A stretch of 48,606 nucleotides of DNA from a bacterium (GCA_040390065.1 JAZJZE010000034.1:1-48606); one strand, 5' to 3'. Shown: positions 7,505-16,619, numbered from the stretch's first letter. Made by a program: numbers and translations. The notes: generated from the sequence alone by a model not told the origin.

Positions 7505-8586
7505 AGCCCACCGGAAAGCAGCTGCTCTCGCTCGTCGGCAACCCCGACGTGTACGCCGTGCAGCACGAGGACGGCACGTGGCACCCGGTGCGGGAGCCGC
7601 TGAACGGCAGGGTCATCCGCCGCCACCGTGAGGGCGAGATTACCGTCGGCACCTACATCGTGAGCCCGCCGGACCAGGCGCGCACGCTCGTGTTCGACAT
7701 CGACTCGCCGAGCGGGGCGGAGCAGCGCGAGCAGGTGAACGCCATCCACCCTATCCTCGACGCCCTCGGCATCAAGTACGGCATCGAGTTCTCCGGGCGC
7801 AAGGGATACCACATCTGGGTGGTAGCCGACGACTACATGCCCGCCGAGGTGCTGTACCAGCTGGGCCGGGGAGTGCGGACGGAGGCCGGGCTCGACGCCC
7901 TGGAGGTGTTCCCCAAGCAGACCGAGGTCCGCGACCTGGGCAACCTGGTCAAGCTCCCGGGTGGGGTGCACCGGGTCACCGGCAACGCGAACGACTTCGT
8001 CGACGGCGAGGAGGACGGGCCGGTGTGGTTCCCCGGGCTGGGGTTCCCCGAGCCGAACAGCGTCATGGTGCTCATGCTCGCCGCGGCGTCCTACCCTGAG
8101 GTGGGCCTGCGCAAGCGGAAGGGCGACGCGCCCGAGGTCATCGAGTACCCGTGCGTGCACGACATCCAGGAGGGCGTCAAGGAGGGCGGGCGCAACATCC
8201 ACCTATTCCACCTCGCCGTCATGCTCCGCCGCTGGTCCATCTCGGACGAGAACGTGGAGTCCATCCTGCGCCGAGCGAACGAGCGCAGCGAGGACGGCCC
8301 GCTCGACGACGCGGAGCTGGCTGGCATCCTGGAGAACAGCCGGTACTCCGGCCCCATCTGCGGGCAGCTGGACGACGGGGTCCACTGCGGAGAGCAGTGC
8401 ATCCTCGCCAGGCACAGCGGCCTCTACACCCGGGCCGGTGCCCTGAAGTACGCGGGGGACGGCGAGGTCGTCACCGTGGAGATTCAGGACCGTACCGAGG
8501 ACGGCTTCGTCGTGGAGCTGACGCACCCGGACATCGTCCAAGGCCGCGCTATCCTGCGCGAGCCCTCAATCAAGAAGGGAACGTGA
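7498..8586 (+). CDS. Archaeo-eukaryotic-type primase with PriCT-like C-terminal domain
   Basis: VFDID, SGRKGYHIW and GNLVKLP motifs; EGGRNIHLF...PLDDAEL. Confidence 0.88.
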   Translation: MLKPTGKQLLSLVGNPDVYAVQHEDGTWHPVREPLNGRVIRRHREGEITVGTYIVSPPDQARTLVFDIDSPSGAEQREQVNAIHPILDALGIKYGIEFSGRKGYHIWVVADDYMPAEVLYQLGRGVRTEAGLDALEVFPKQTEVRDLGNLVKLPGGVHRVTGNANDFVDGEEDGPVWFPGLGFPEPNSVMVLMLAAASYPEVGLRKRKGDAPEVIEYPCVHDIQEGVKEGGRNIHLFHLAVMLRRWSISDENVESILRRANERSEDGPLDDAELAGILENSRYSGPICGQLDDGVHCGEQCILARHSGLYTRAGALKYAGDGEVVTVEIQDRTEDGFVVELTHPDIVQGRAILREPSIKKGT

Positions 8587-8840
8587 TGGCGAACCAAGCC
8601 AAGGTAGTGGGAGGCGCCGTGATGTACAGCGACGAGCTGGAGGCGCGCATCGACGAGGCGGCGCTGTCGATGACGGCCATCATCGAGGGCGGCGAGCCCG
8701 AGAAGGCGTCGGCCGACGCCATCCTCATCATCACCGCCATCCTTGGGCTCACGGTCCAGCTCGACCGCATCATTGAGTGCATCGAGATGCTCGCCGTTCA
8801 GGGCGCGCAGCGGGAAGGGACCGATGGAACGGCCAGTTGA
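8586..8840 (+). CDS. Hypothetical protein (MANQAKVV...)
   Basis: TGATG coupling to the primase gene. Confidence 0.65.
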   Translation: MANQAKVVGGAVMYSDELEARIDEAALSMTAIIEGGEPEKASADAILIITAILGLTVQLDRIIECIEMLAVQGAQREGTDGTAS

Positions 8841-8949
8841 GCTGACTGTCACGATGGTCTTCGAGGCGGAGCACGACGCGCCGCTGGAGGAGGACATCGA
8901 GTACGCCTTCGATACCACTGTGCTGTCGTACGACATCGAGGAGACGTGA
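8824..8949 (+). CDS. Small acidic protein (MERPVELTV...)
   Basis: GAAGGGA RBS; coupled to the next gene. Confidence 0.5.
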   Translation: MERPVELTVTMVFEAEHDAPLEEDIEYAFDTTVLSYDIEET

Positions 8950-9158
8950 CCTTCTCCAACCGCTGGGGGAGCTGGCCTGCGCCAGCCCCGCCCGTGCCGC
9001 GGCACTGCCCGCGATGCGAGGTGGAGTGGGCGGCCGAGGTCGGCCTGAAGTGCTGGGTCTGCGGGCGCTTCAGCCCGAAGGGCCGCCTCTCCGTAGGGTG
9101 GAGCGGCTCGCAGCACAACTGCGCCCTAGACATTGACGAACTGGAGGACCTGCTATGA
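8946..9158 (+). CDS. Zn-ribbon protein
   Basis: CPRC...CWVC; GAGGAG RBS. Confidence 0.65.
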   Translation: MTFSNRWGSWPAPAPPVPRHCPRCEVEWAAEVGLKCWVCGRFSPKGRLSVGWSGSQHNCALDIDELEDLL

Positions 9159-9328
9159 AGCAGCAACGAGTCACCGTGGTCACGCATGACCGTGAGGAGG
9201 AGCCCTACGACGACGTGCTCGACGTGAAGGTCATGGAGGGCGTCCTCGTCCTCATAATGCTTGACACCACCGTCACCTACCCGCTTCACGCGGTCTTCAA
9301 GGCTGTCGCGGAATCGGTGGAGGTCTGA
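9155..9328 (+). CDS. Hypothetical protein, 57 aa (MKQQRVTVV...), absent from the ORF track
   Basis: GGAGG RBS; coupled at both ends. Confidence 0.65.
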   Translation: MKQQRVTVVTHDREEEPYDDVLDVKVMEGVLVLIMLDTTVTYPLHAVFKAVAESVEV

Positions 9329-10311
9329 TGCCACTCATCGGAATCATCGACCCGTCGCACTACGAGAAGAGCCACGCCAAGGAAGGGCGCATCCCCAACT
9401 GGCTGACGCTCGACGAGGCGCTGATGATGGCGCAGGCTCCCCGGCCCAAGTGGTCGCCGTGGACGTTCGAGATGCTCCAGGCCGCGCTCGGTGAGCACCA
9501 GGAGCGAGGCAAGCGCCTGTCCACCACGGTGCTTACGGCCGCTTGCCCCCGGGCCACCGTCCTGGAACGGATGGAGAACTACATCGGGAGCATCGACAAC
9601 ATGTACGCCTCGCTGCGCGGGACCATGGTGCACCGCACCCTGGAGTCCTACGCCCGGCTGGGCGCCATCGCCGAGGGCCGGTTCTACACCACCATCGACG
9701 GCATCGAAATCAGCGGGTCACCCGACCTGGTCACCACCGACACGGTGTTCGACTACAAGGTGCCGACGGACCAGACCGGCGTCCCGTCCTTCGGGTACCC
9801 GTTCCGCTCCCAGACCGAGCAGCTGATGATGAACGCTTTCATCCTGCGCCACGCGGAGAAGTGGGACCTGCCCCCGTACATGACCAAGGGCCTGCCGTTC
9901 GACCCGCGCGAGGAGCAGGCGCGCCACGTGGTCATCGTGTACATCGGGCCGAAGTCCCCGAAAATCATCGAGTACCAGAAGAAGCAGGAGCTGGTGACGC
10001 CGAAGGGCATCGTCAAGTACACGCCCCAGCCCTACGTCTGGTCCGACGACGAGGTGCTCGACGGCTACGACGACGAGGACCAGAAGTACGGGGGCATGCG
10101 CGCCCGCCTGCACATCATGCAGAACGCGCTCGACTCCTACCCCGACTGGCCCGAGCCCTGGACCAACGTCGAGACCGGCAAGACCTTCACGGCCGAGCAG
10201 ATTTGGGGCGGCGAGCCGGACTGGATGTGCCCCGGCCCGCCCATCTGCAACCTGCCCTCCTGCCTGGCGCGCACGCGCCCCGGCAACTACGTGTGGGACA
10301 AGCCCTCGTGA
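9328..10311 (+). CDS. Cas4-like/RecB-family PD-(D/E)XK exonuclease
   Basis: CPR...RGTMVH...E..GSPDL..DYK...QL, plus three C-terminal cysteines. Confidence 0.85.
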   Translation: MPLIGIIDPSHYEKSHAKEGRIPNWLTLDEALMMAQAPRPKWSPWTFEMLQAALGEHQERGKRLSTTVLTAACPRATVLERMENYIGSIDNMYASLRGTMVHRTLESYARLGAIAEGRFYTTIDGIEISGSPDLVTTDTVFDYKVPTDQTGVPSFGYPFRSQTEQLMMNAFILRHAEKWDLPPYMTKGLPFDPREEQARHVVIVYIGPKSPKIIEYQKKQELVTPKGIVKYTPQPYVWSDDEVLDGYDDEDQKYGGMRARLHIMQNALDSYPDWPEPWTNVETGKTFTAEQIWGGEPDWMCPGPPICNLPSCLARTRPGNYVWDKPS

Positions 10312-10532
10312 AGCGGGTCGACCTCCGCGCCGCTGTCGACGCCGCCCTGTCCCAGGCCGACGAGATGACCACCGGCTGGTGCATCACGTTCGAGCGCATC
10401 GACGCCGACGGCGAGCAGGTCCTGGTCCACGAAATCTCCGACGGCCTCACCGACTGGCAGAGGGTCGGGATGCTCTACGCTGCACTGGAGATGGGGCCTC
10501 TGCTCTACGAGGTGGACGAAAGCCTAGAGTAG
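10308..10532 (+). CDS. Hypothetical protein (VKRVDLRAAV...WQRVGML)
   Basis: GTGA coupling; typical codon usage. Confidence 0.65.
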   Translation: MKRVDLRAAVDAALSQADEMTTGWCITFERIDADGEQVLVHEISDGLTDWQRVGMLYAALEMGPLLYEVDESLE

Positions 10533-10535
10533 GGC

Positions 10536-10557
10536 GTTGACAAAAGGTACAGTGTTG
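10536..10557 (+). promoter_or_regulatory. Phage promoter motif copy C (GTTGAC-N7-ACAGTGTTG)
   Basis: Fills the only intergenic gap in the replication operon. Confidence 0.7.
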
Positions 10558-10573
10558 AGAGACAGAAAGGGGA

Positions 10574-11101
10574 ATGCTCATGGCCTTCCAGAAAGACAAG
10601 ACCACGGCCGCCCAAACGGCGGGTAACGTGGCAGGCAACGTCGCCGCCGCTGCGCTGACAGCGGGGAAGCTCGACGTGGACTCGGCCGCGGAGTTCGTGG
10701 TCGACGTGTTCGAGGCGCTGTTCACCAAGCTCGCGCCCATCGTGGACGCGGACAACGCGAACTTCCTCGCGCAGGAGGGGGCGGCCCCTGCTTCAAAGAC
10801 CGCCAAGAGTGGCGGGGAACGCAGCTACTCGAAGACCCGCAGCTCGAAGACCCGTGGCAACAGTAGCGTGTCGCTCGACGACGCGCTCGGCATGGAGCTG
10901 AACTTCGGCGCCTTTGGCGGCGAGACCATGGGCAACGTGCTCGCGCTCTCGGCCGACGACGCCGACGAGCAGTACGGCTACGGCGATGGGGAGCGGTCCG
11001 GCCGCGACTACATCACGTGGCTCGCCACGGACAAGAACAAGAACGACTACGTCCGCACCCGCGCGCGGGTCATCGCGGACAGCGAAGGCATCAGCTACTA
11101 A
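10574..11101 (+). CDS. Hypothetical replication-region protein
   Basis: Own promoter motif and GAAAGG RBS; lies between the exonuclease and the helicase. Confidence 0.75.
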   Translation: MLMAFQKDKTTAAQTAGNVAGNVAAAALTAGKLDVDSAAEFVVDVFEALFTKLAPIVDADNANFLAQEGAAPASKTAKSGGERSYSKTRSSKTRGNSSVSLDDALGMELNFGAFGGETMGNVLALSADDADEQYGYGDGERSGRDYITWLATDKNKNDYVRTRARVIADSEGISY

Positions 11102-11102
11102 G

Positions 11103-12098
11103 GTGGCCGACGGGCTGCGTCTCTACGACTCCGGCCAGCAGGACAAGCTGCTGGACGACAGCGTCCACGACGCCCGGCCCACCATCCCGACGGGGTTCGG
11201 GGGTCTCGACTCCCTGCTCCGCCGGGGTGGGCTGCTGCCCGGCAACCTCGTCCTCCTAGGAGGCAGAACGGGAACCCGCAAGACCACCGTGATTTCAAAC
11301 ATGGCGGTCAGCATGGCTCAAGCCAACATCCCGGTCGCTATCGTGGGACTTGACGAGCAGCCCTGGCAGTACGTCGCCAAGATGATGTCCGCCCTCACCG
11401 GCCGCTCACAAGACGTGCTGGAAGAGGAGTGGGACACGGACCTCGGCGGCGAGCTGCGGTCCGAGTGGAAGGCCCTGGCCAAGGGGAGGGTATTCGTGCT
11501 GGGCGGCAAGCGCCCGGCGCCGGAGCACCTGACCAGCGTGCTGGACCTCGCCGCTCTGGGCGGGGAGCGGCCCGCGGTGGTGTTCATCGACTACGTGAAG
11601 CTGATGTCCCGCAAGGGGCCGTACGGGTACGGCGACAACAGCCGCATCCCCCAGCTGGTCGAGGACCTCCAGCTCTGGAGCACGGAGCACCAGGTCGCCG
11701 TCGTCGCCCTGCACCAGCTGAACCGGAACGACGAGCACGGCGGGCAGAACAGCCGCAACGCCGGGCACATCCCGATGACGCTCTCGCAGCTGATGTACGG
11801 CGGCGAGGACAGCGCCGACATCGTGCTCGGGACCTACCGCCCCAGCAAGAACCCGCTGGCCGCTATGCAGTTCGACGTAGCCAAGCAGGTCCTGGGCGAC
11901 AGGTTCGACGAGGACGAGTACTGGGAAGTCAAGGCGATGGCCAAGAAGTACGAGCACAGCACCTTCCTTCAGCTCCTGAAGAACCGGCCCGGCACTCACA
12001 CCGAGGAGCGTGGCATCGAGCTGCTGTCCCCGGACGAGAGCATGAGGCTAGAGGAAAAGGAAGCCGAAGAGCACACCTACGAGGAGGCCGACGCCTGA
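11103..12098 (+). CDS. DnaB-like (SF4) replicative helicase
   Basis: IPTGFGGLD, Walker A-like GGRTGTRKT, Walker B VFIDY, LHQLNR, ADIVL, LKNR. Confidence 0.92.
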   Translation: MADGLRLYDSGQQDKLLDDSVHDARPTIPTGFGGLDSLLRRGGLLPGNLVLLGGRTGTRKTTVISNMAVSMAQANIPVAIVGLDEQPWQYVAKMMSALTGRSQDVLEEEWDTDLGGELRSEWKALAKGRVFVLGGKRPAPEHLTSVLDLAALGGERPAVVFIDYVKLMSRKGPYGYGDNSRIPQLVEDLQLWSTEHQVAVVALHQLNRNDEHGGQNSRNAGHIPMTLSQLMYGGEDSADIVLGTYRPSKNPLAAMQFDVAKQVLGDRFDEDEYWEVKAMAKKYEHSTFLQLLKNRPGTHTEERGIELLSPDESMRLEEKEAEEHTYEEADA

Positions 12099-12442
12099 TG
12101 AGAAAGCCCCGTCCGTTCCTGCGCCGCCTGTTCCTGAATGAGCGCGGCCAGCAGTCTAGCGCTCACATCATCTCCAGCATCTCGACCGCCAGCGATTCGT
12201 GGACCCCGAAGGGCGGAGAGCCGACCTTCTCCAGGAACATCGGCGCTGGGTTCCGCATCGGCGACTGCACCCGGATGGTGGACCTGGAGTTCGACGCCTG
12301 GGTCGACACGAACGACGGCCCGTCACCGCAGCTGTGGAACGCGCGGCTGAAGGCCATCCGTCTGCGCCGCGAGGTGAACGACTTCGTGGCCAAGTACCTG
12401 GAGGCCATCGACTGGGCTCTGGAAGTTGAGGAGGACAAGTGA
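12098..12442 (+). CDS. Hypothetical protein (MRKPRPFLRRLFLN...IGDCTRMVDLEF)
   Basis: GAGGAGG RBS; TGATG coupling. Confidence 0.75.
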   Translation: MRKPRPFLRRLFLNERGQQSSAHIISSISTASDSWTPKGGEPTFSRNIGAGFRIGDCTRMVDLEFDAWVDTNDGPSPQLWNARLKAIRLRREVNDFVAKYLEAIDWALEVEEDK

Positions 12443-12831
12443 GCATCGAACGTAGGCGACTCCGCGTGTACGTCGCAGGCCCCATCAGCAGCGACGTGTT
12501 CGAGGGGGTCCACCGGGGCATGCGCGCCGGTCGGCAGCTGTTCCTCGACGGCCTGGCGCCGTACGTCCCGCACTGGGACGCGCTCCTGTTCCTGCCCGAG
12601 GGCAACTGGAAGCCCTACCTGGAGTGGGACCTGGAGTACGTCGCCCTGATGGAGGCCGTGTGGCGCCTCGAAGGCGAGAGCGCGGGCGCGGACCTGGAGT
12701 GCGACCGGGCACTGGCCCTCGGCATCCCCGTGTTCTACGAGGGGGACGAGGACATGGTCGACGAGTACGAGGACCTGCTGGACTTCGCCGCCCTTCAGGG
12801 CCTCCGCGGAAAGCAGGTGGCAACGGCATGA
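12439..12831 (+). CDS. Nucleoside 2-deoxyribosyltransferase-like (DUF4406/DUF1937-type) protein
   Basis: VYVAGPIS...PH...D...SAGADLE...ALGIPV. Confidence 0.8.
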   Translation: MSIERRRLRVYVAGPISSDVFEGVHRGMRAGRQLFLDGLAPYVPHWDALLFLPEGNWKPYLEWDLEYVALMEAVWRLEGESAGADLECDRALALGIPVFYEGDEDMVDEYEDLLDFAALQGLRGKQVATA

Positions 12832-13004
12832 CCGCGGGCTACGTCGAGATTGAGCTGGATGTCAGCGACCTCCTCACCGAGGCTCTCGACCGCGAGGGCT
12901 TCAACCCAGAAAAGGTGCTCGTTACCCCCCACGCTTCGTGGTTTCCTTTCTCGGGCACTAGCATCGTTCGCGTCCAGTTCTACGTGGAAGAGGAGGACGA
13001 GTGA
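12828..13004 (+). CDS. Hypothetical protein (MTAGYVEIEL...)
   Basis: Coupled at both ends. Confidence 0.55.
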   Translation: MTAGYVEIELDVSDLLTEALDREGFNPEKVLVTPHASWFPFSGTSIVRVQFYVEEEDE

Positions 13005-13570
13005 CCATCATCGGCATCACGGGCTACGCCCAGCACGGCAAGGACAGCCTGGCCACCGGCCTGGGGCTCGTGGGCTACGAGCGCATCGGCTTCGCCGACG
13101 CCCTCAAGGCCATGGCCCTGGACGTGGACCCCATCATCTACGTCCCGCTCGCCTCGAACACGGTGACGCGCCTGTCCGAGTTGGTCGGGCGGATGGGCTG
13201 GGAAGAGGCGAAGCAGTACGCCGAGGTCCGCCGGTTCCTCCAGCAGCTGGGCACGCGGGCGCGCGAGCACCTCGGCCCCGACGTGTGGGTCCAGGCACTG
13301 GAGCGCCGCTGGCTGGAGTCCGGCATCACCAACCTGGTCGTCCCGGACGTGCGCTTCCCGAACGAGGCCGAGTGGATTCACCGGCACAGCGGGGTCATGG
13401 TGCGCGTCAACCGGCCTGACTTCGACAACGGCGTGGGCACCGACCACCCGAGCGAGAAGTTCGTGCCGACCCTTCCCGTGGACTTCGAGTACGTGGTCCC
13501 GACGGGTCAGAAGCACCTGTTCACCATGATTGCGAAGGCCCTCGCCAACGGCCTGAACGCGAGCGCGTGA
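13001..13570 (+). CDS. Deoxynucleoside monophosphate kinase (T4 gp1-like)
   Basis: IIGITGYAQHGKD, FADALK, RRFLQQLGT, DVRFPNE, HPSE. Confidence 0.93.
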   Translation: MTIIGITGYAQHGKDSLATGLGLVGYERIGFADALKAMALDVDPIIYVPLASNTVTRLSELVGRMGWEEAKQYAEVRRFLQQLGTRAREHLGPDVWVQALERRWLESGITNLVVPDVRFPNEAEWIHRHSGVMVRVNRPDFDNGVGTDHPSEKFVPTLPVDFEYVVPTGQKHLFTMIAKALANGLNASA

Positions 13571-13773
13571 TGGTAGACGTGCTGCTACCTCGCGCCCCGG
13601 GCGGGCGGAAGAAGGTCCGCATGAACACGCGCAAGCACCTCCACGCGGCCAAGCGCCGCGAGCTGGAGGAGCGCAAGGCCGAGCGCATCGAGGCCGACAC
13701 CCAGTACCGCCGGGCCTCGGACGCCGAGCTGCGCAAGATGCTGAAGGGAGTCGACGTTGGCTACCTCGACTGA
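13567..13773 (+). CDS. Small basic hypothetical protein
   Basis: Coupled ORF. Confidence 0.6.
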   Translation: MMVDVLLPRAPGGRKKVRMNTRKHLHAAKRRELEERKAERIEADTQYRRASDAELRKMLKGVDVGYLD

Positions 13774-14047
13774 GGCTGAGGCCGCTCTGCATCGGCTGCT
13801 CGACCACCACCAGAAGTGGCTGATGACCCAGCCCGAGTTCCTGCTCCTCTGGACCCAGGACCGGGCGACCCGGAAGCGCGTCGCCGAGCTGCTCGTCAAG
13901 GAACTGACGACCATCCCGACCCGCGACTTCGACGAGAACACACCGCCGAACCGCGCCATGCGCCGAGCCATCCTGGCAGAGCTGAAGGCGCGGGGAGGCC
14001 CGAGTTGGTGGGGGGACGGAATGTCCTTCCTGGAGGGAACGAGATGA
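13757..14047 (+). CDS. Hypothetical protein
   Basis: AAGGGAG RBS before a TTG start. Confidence 0.6.
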   Translation: MATSTEAEAALHRLLDHHQKWLMTQPEFLLLWTQDRATRKRVAELLVKELTTIPTRDFDENTPPNRAMRRAILAELKARGGPSWWGDGMSFLEGTR

Positions 14048-14214
14048 CGTTTCAGGAGCTGAAGAAGGACCTGGACCCCGCGTTCAAGCGGATGACCAAG
14101 GCCGACTTCGTGAACTACTGCACCGGCAACGACGGCCGCGCCCGCGTGGGCGGGCCGACCGGCAAGGGTCGCATGACCGCGAAGCGCGCGCTCGCGCTGT
14201 TGGGGGTGAGCTAG
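14044..14214 (+). CDS. Hypothetical protein (MTFQELKKDL...)
   Basis: GGAGG RBS; ATGA coupling. Confidence 0.6.
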   Translation: MTFQELKKDLDPAFKRMTKADFVNYCTGNDGRARVGGPTGKGRMTAKRALALLGVS

Positions 14215-14216
14215 AT

Positions 14217-14993
14217 ATGAAGGAGAAGAGCATCGGCCGTATCTGGTGGGCACTGCTTGCGGGCGTCATCGCCCTCACGCTGGCGCTCACTACGGGCGTG
14301 GCACACGCCACACCGCCCGTCCAGCACAAGGTGACCATCTGTCACGCCCACCCGGCTGACAGCCTCACCGGGCCGTGGGTCAGCATCACCGTCGACATCG
14401 CCTCGACCGGGTACCAGCACTCAGGGCACCAGGACGAGCACGACGGGGACATCATCCCTCCGTACTCGTACGACGATGACGGCGACGGGGTCCCGGACTT
14501 CGAGTTCGCGGGCAAGAACTGGGACGAGGTCGGCCAGGCGGTCTACGCCAACGACTGCGTCGCGCCCGGCGAGACGCCGCCCCCGCCTGTGGAGCCGGAG
14601 CCTTCGCTCTCGGCCTCTGCCTTCTGCATCACGGATGGCACGCAGGTCGTGGTGGAGGGTGACGCCGACGGCGGCACCGCCAGTCCCGCCCTGCCGTTCA
14701 CGCTGGAGCTTCCGTACAAGTCGACCTACGACGGCGTTGTGACGTTCTCCTACGAGGACCACGACGACATCGTGTTGGCCTACGGCGGCAAGACCCCCTC
14801 GAAGGTCGACTGCGTCGGCGAGTGGAGCCCCTCATGGGCGCCCACGCCTCCGAGCAACGTGCCCCCGACGGGCGTCAGCCCGCGGAGCACGGCCTTCACG
14901 GGCGGCAACATCGCCGGACCGGCGACGACCGCCGGGCTCCTGGCCGCACTGGGCCTGAGCCTGCTCTACCTGGGGCGCAAGCGCCGGGTGTAA
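14217..14993 (+). CDS. Secreted, putatively sortase-anchored cell-surface protein
   Basis: Signal peptide ending AHA; KVTICH domain; DDDGDGVPD loop; Pro-rich stalk; TAFTG + hydrophobic helix + RKRR tail. Confidence 0.8.
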   Translation: MKEKSIGRIWWALLAGVIALTLALTTGVAHATPPVQHKVTICHAHPADSLTGPWVSITVDIASTGYQHSGHQDEHDGDIIPPYSYDDDGDGVPDFEFAGKNWDEVGQAVYANDCVAPGETPPPPVEPEPSLSASAFCITDGTQVVVEGDADGGTASPALPFTLELPYKSTYDGVVTFSYEDHDDIVLAYGGKTPSKVDCVGEWSPSWAPTPPSNVPPTGVSPRSTAFTGGNIAGPATTAGLLAALGLSLLYLGRKRRV

Positions 14994-15035
14994 GGTCCAG
15001 CACCGGCCAGACCCCCTCGTCCCGTCGAGGGTTGG

Positions 15036-15211
15036 GGAACTGGGTCAGGGGGCGCGAGCGGAGCGCAGTCGACACCCCGGCCGGACCACGTAGGGCACAT
15101 TCCACCGAAGGGTTAGCGTGAGCAGAACCGGCCCTAGGGTGCCGAAACGTCTCCCGCCCTGAAGTTCCGTTCAGACCGGACCGGCCGCTGGGTCTGACAG
15201 CGCGAGTGCCC
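15036..15211 (+). ncRNA. Candidate structured non-coding RNA with nested stems and a pseudoknot
   Basis: At least 6 complementary segment pairs found by eye, lying between a stop codon and the terminator. Confidence 0.55.
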
Positions 15212-15217
15212 ACACAA

Positions 15218-15249
15218 AGAAAGGCCCTCCCGCAAGGGAGGGCCTTTCT
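15218..15249. terminator. Bidirectional intrinsic terminator between converging middle and late operons
   Basis: AGAAAGGCCCTCCC-GCAA-GGGAGGGCCTTTCT, a perfect 14-bp stem. Confidence 0.9.
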
Positions 15250-15276
15250 GCTGTCCGGGGGAGGTACCGGACAGGG

Positions 15277-15414
15277 TTAGAGGAGGAGCGCGACGCCCGC
15301 GGCGCCCAGGCCGACGGCGAGTAGCTCGGTGGCTGAGAGACCCAGCACCGGAGCCGCCAGAGCGGCGAGGACGGCCGCGAGGACGGCGACCGCTCCGAGC
15401 ACACGGGTAACCAC
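15277..15414 (-). CDS. Small hydrophobic membrane protein (lysis cassette)
   Basis: GAGGAGG RBS before GTG; two hydrophobic segments. Confidence 0.65.
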   Translation of the reverse strand: MVTRVLGAVAVLAAVLAALAAPVLGLSATELLAVGLGAAGVALLL

Positions 15415-15449
15415 ATGCCCTCCTCTCCCCTCCGGGGTTGGCCGGAGGC

Positions 15450-15677
15450 TTACTTGCGGGAGTAGTCCAGCAGCGCGTTCCACACGAATGTGATGACGGC
15501 GGCGGAACCCGCGAGGCCAGCCGCTGTGAACGTGGCGGGCAGGGTGTCGTATTGCCCGGTGCTCACGAGGGCCGGGACCCCGGCCAGCAACGGCACTGCG
15601 GCCGCTACGAATGTCTTCACGGCACGGACTGCCGCGTCCTTCAGGTCTACGTCTTTCACTGTTACCTCCTGTTTCAC
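15450..15677 (-). CDS. Holin
   Basis: DAAVRAVKTFVAA motif typical of actinophage holins; 2 TM segments. The start may be the downstream GTG after GGAGG. Confidence 0.75.
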   Translation of the reverse strand: MKQEVTVKDVDLKDAAVRAVKTFVAAAVPLLAGVPALVSTGQYDTLPATFTAAGLAGSAAVITFVWNALLDYSRK

Positions 15678-15826
15678 CGCGGTGGTGAATCCTCGGTCAG
15701 TTCCTCGATGCCGAGCCAGGCGTCCATCGGCGCGTCGTGCATCCAGGACGCCTCCTCGTCGGTGCCCCGCACGAACTGGGCTACGTCCTCCTCGGTGCAG
15801 GGCGGGTTCGTCTCGGAGAACTTCAC
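15674..15826 (-). CDS. Small acidic protein, 50 aa (VKFSETNPP...), absent from the ORF track
   Basis: Fills the gap with coupled start and stop. Confidence 0.5.
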   Translation of the reverse strand: MKFSETNPPCTEEDVAQFVRGTDEEASWMHDAPMDAWLGIEELTEDSPPR

Positions 15827-16173
15827 TAGGCGTGCTGCTCCAACTCTTCTCGGAGCTTGGCGACGGTCTCCTCCAGGGTCAGTACCCGTTCACGCAGGCC
15901 CAGGTTCTCCAGGCGGAGCTTCGACGCCTCGGCGACGAGACGAGTTCGCTCATCCTCCAGGGCGGTGACCCGCGCGTTGAACCGCTCCATCTCCCGGCGG
16001 AGCGTGTCGATGACGCCGGTCTGGGCGATGACAGCACCCTGGGCCGCCATGACGGTGACCTGACCGGCCTCGGGGCGGAGCTTCAGCAGGGCGACGATGC
16101 CCCCGATGATGCCTGCGAGCAGCGTTCCTGCTGCGATGAACGGGTAGGTTGCACTTGCGTCAGCCAGCCACAT
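15826..16173 (-). CDS. N-terminal TM + coiled-coil protein (lysis-associated)
   Basis: Hydrophobic N-terminus and heptad repeats; lysis-cassette context. Confidence 0.75.
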   Translation of the reverse strand: MWLADASATYPFIAAGTLLAGIIGGIVALLKLRPEAGQVTVMAAQGAVIAQTGVIDTLRREMERFNARVTALEDERTRLVAEASKLRLENLGLRERVLTLEETVAKLREELEQHA

Positions 16174-16619
16174 TAGGGGTCCACCTTCACCACAACCTCT
16201 TGCACGAAGATGATGACCTCACGCATGAAGATGGTCTTTATTCGAGCTAGGGACGCCGCAATAATGAGGGCGTTGAAGACGAAGCTGAGCGTCGACACGT
16301 CGGTGAGGCCGAGCACGGCGAACACCGACACCGTGCGGACGACGGTCGTGGCGACGAGGAGCGAGAGGCCGACGGTCTCGATGTCCCGCCGCGGCTTGAA
16401 CAGCCCCGCCAGGATGGCGACGCCCGAGAGGGCGTACGCCGACTGCACCGCGCTGGTCAGCCACCCGGGTAGCAAGGACGACACGGCGTCCCCGCCGGTC
16501 CCGCCGTAGTGGACGAGCCCGAGCAACCCGCCGACGAGGGCGAGCACGCCGAACAGCGCCTCGAACGGCAGGACGCGGAAGTGGTTCAGCCCCCTGGGCT
16601 TGTCTGCGCGGTCGCGCAT
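16173..16619 (-). CDS. Four-TM membrane protein (lysis cassette)
   Basis: Four hydrophobic segments; directly after the endolysin. Confidence 0.75.
   Translation of the reverse strand: MRDRADKPRGLNHFRVLPFEALFGVLALVGGLLGLVHYGGTGGDAVSSLLPGWLTSAVQSAYALSGVAILAGLFKPRRDIETVGLSLLVATTVVRTVSVFAVLGLTDVSTLSFVFNALIIAASLARIKTIFMREVIIFVQEVVVKVDP

Noticed and set aside
9328-10311. CRISPR-associated cas4
   Set aside because: A solo Cas4-like nuclease in a replication operon is common in phages; there are no other cas genes.
12439-13570. Modified-base biosynthesis cluster
   Set aside because: Only a dNMP kinase and an NDT-like protein are present, both common in phages. No PurZ, queuosine-pathway or thymidylate-synthase-like genes were seen.
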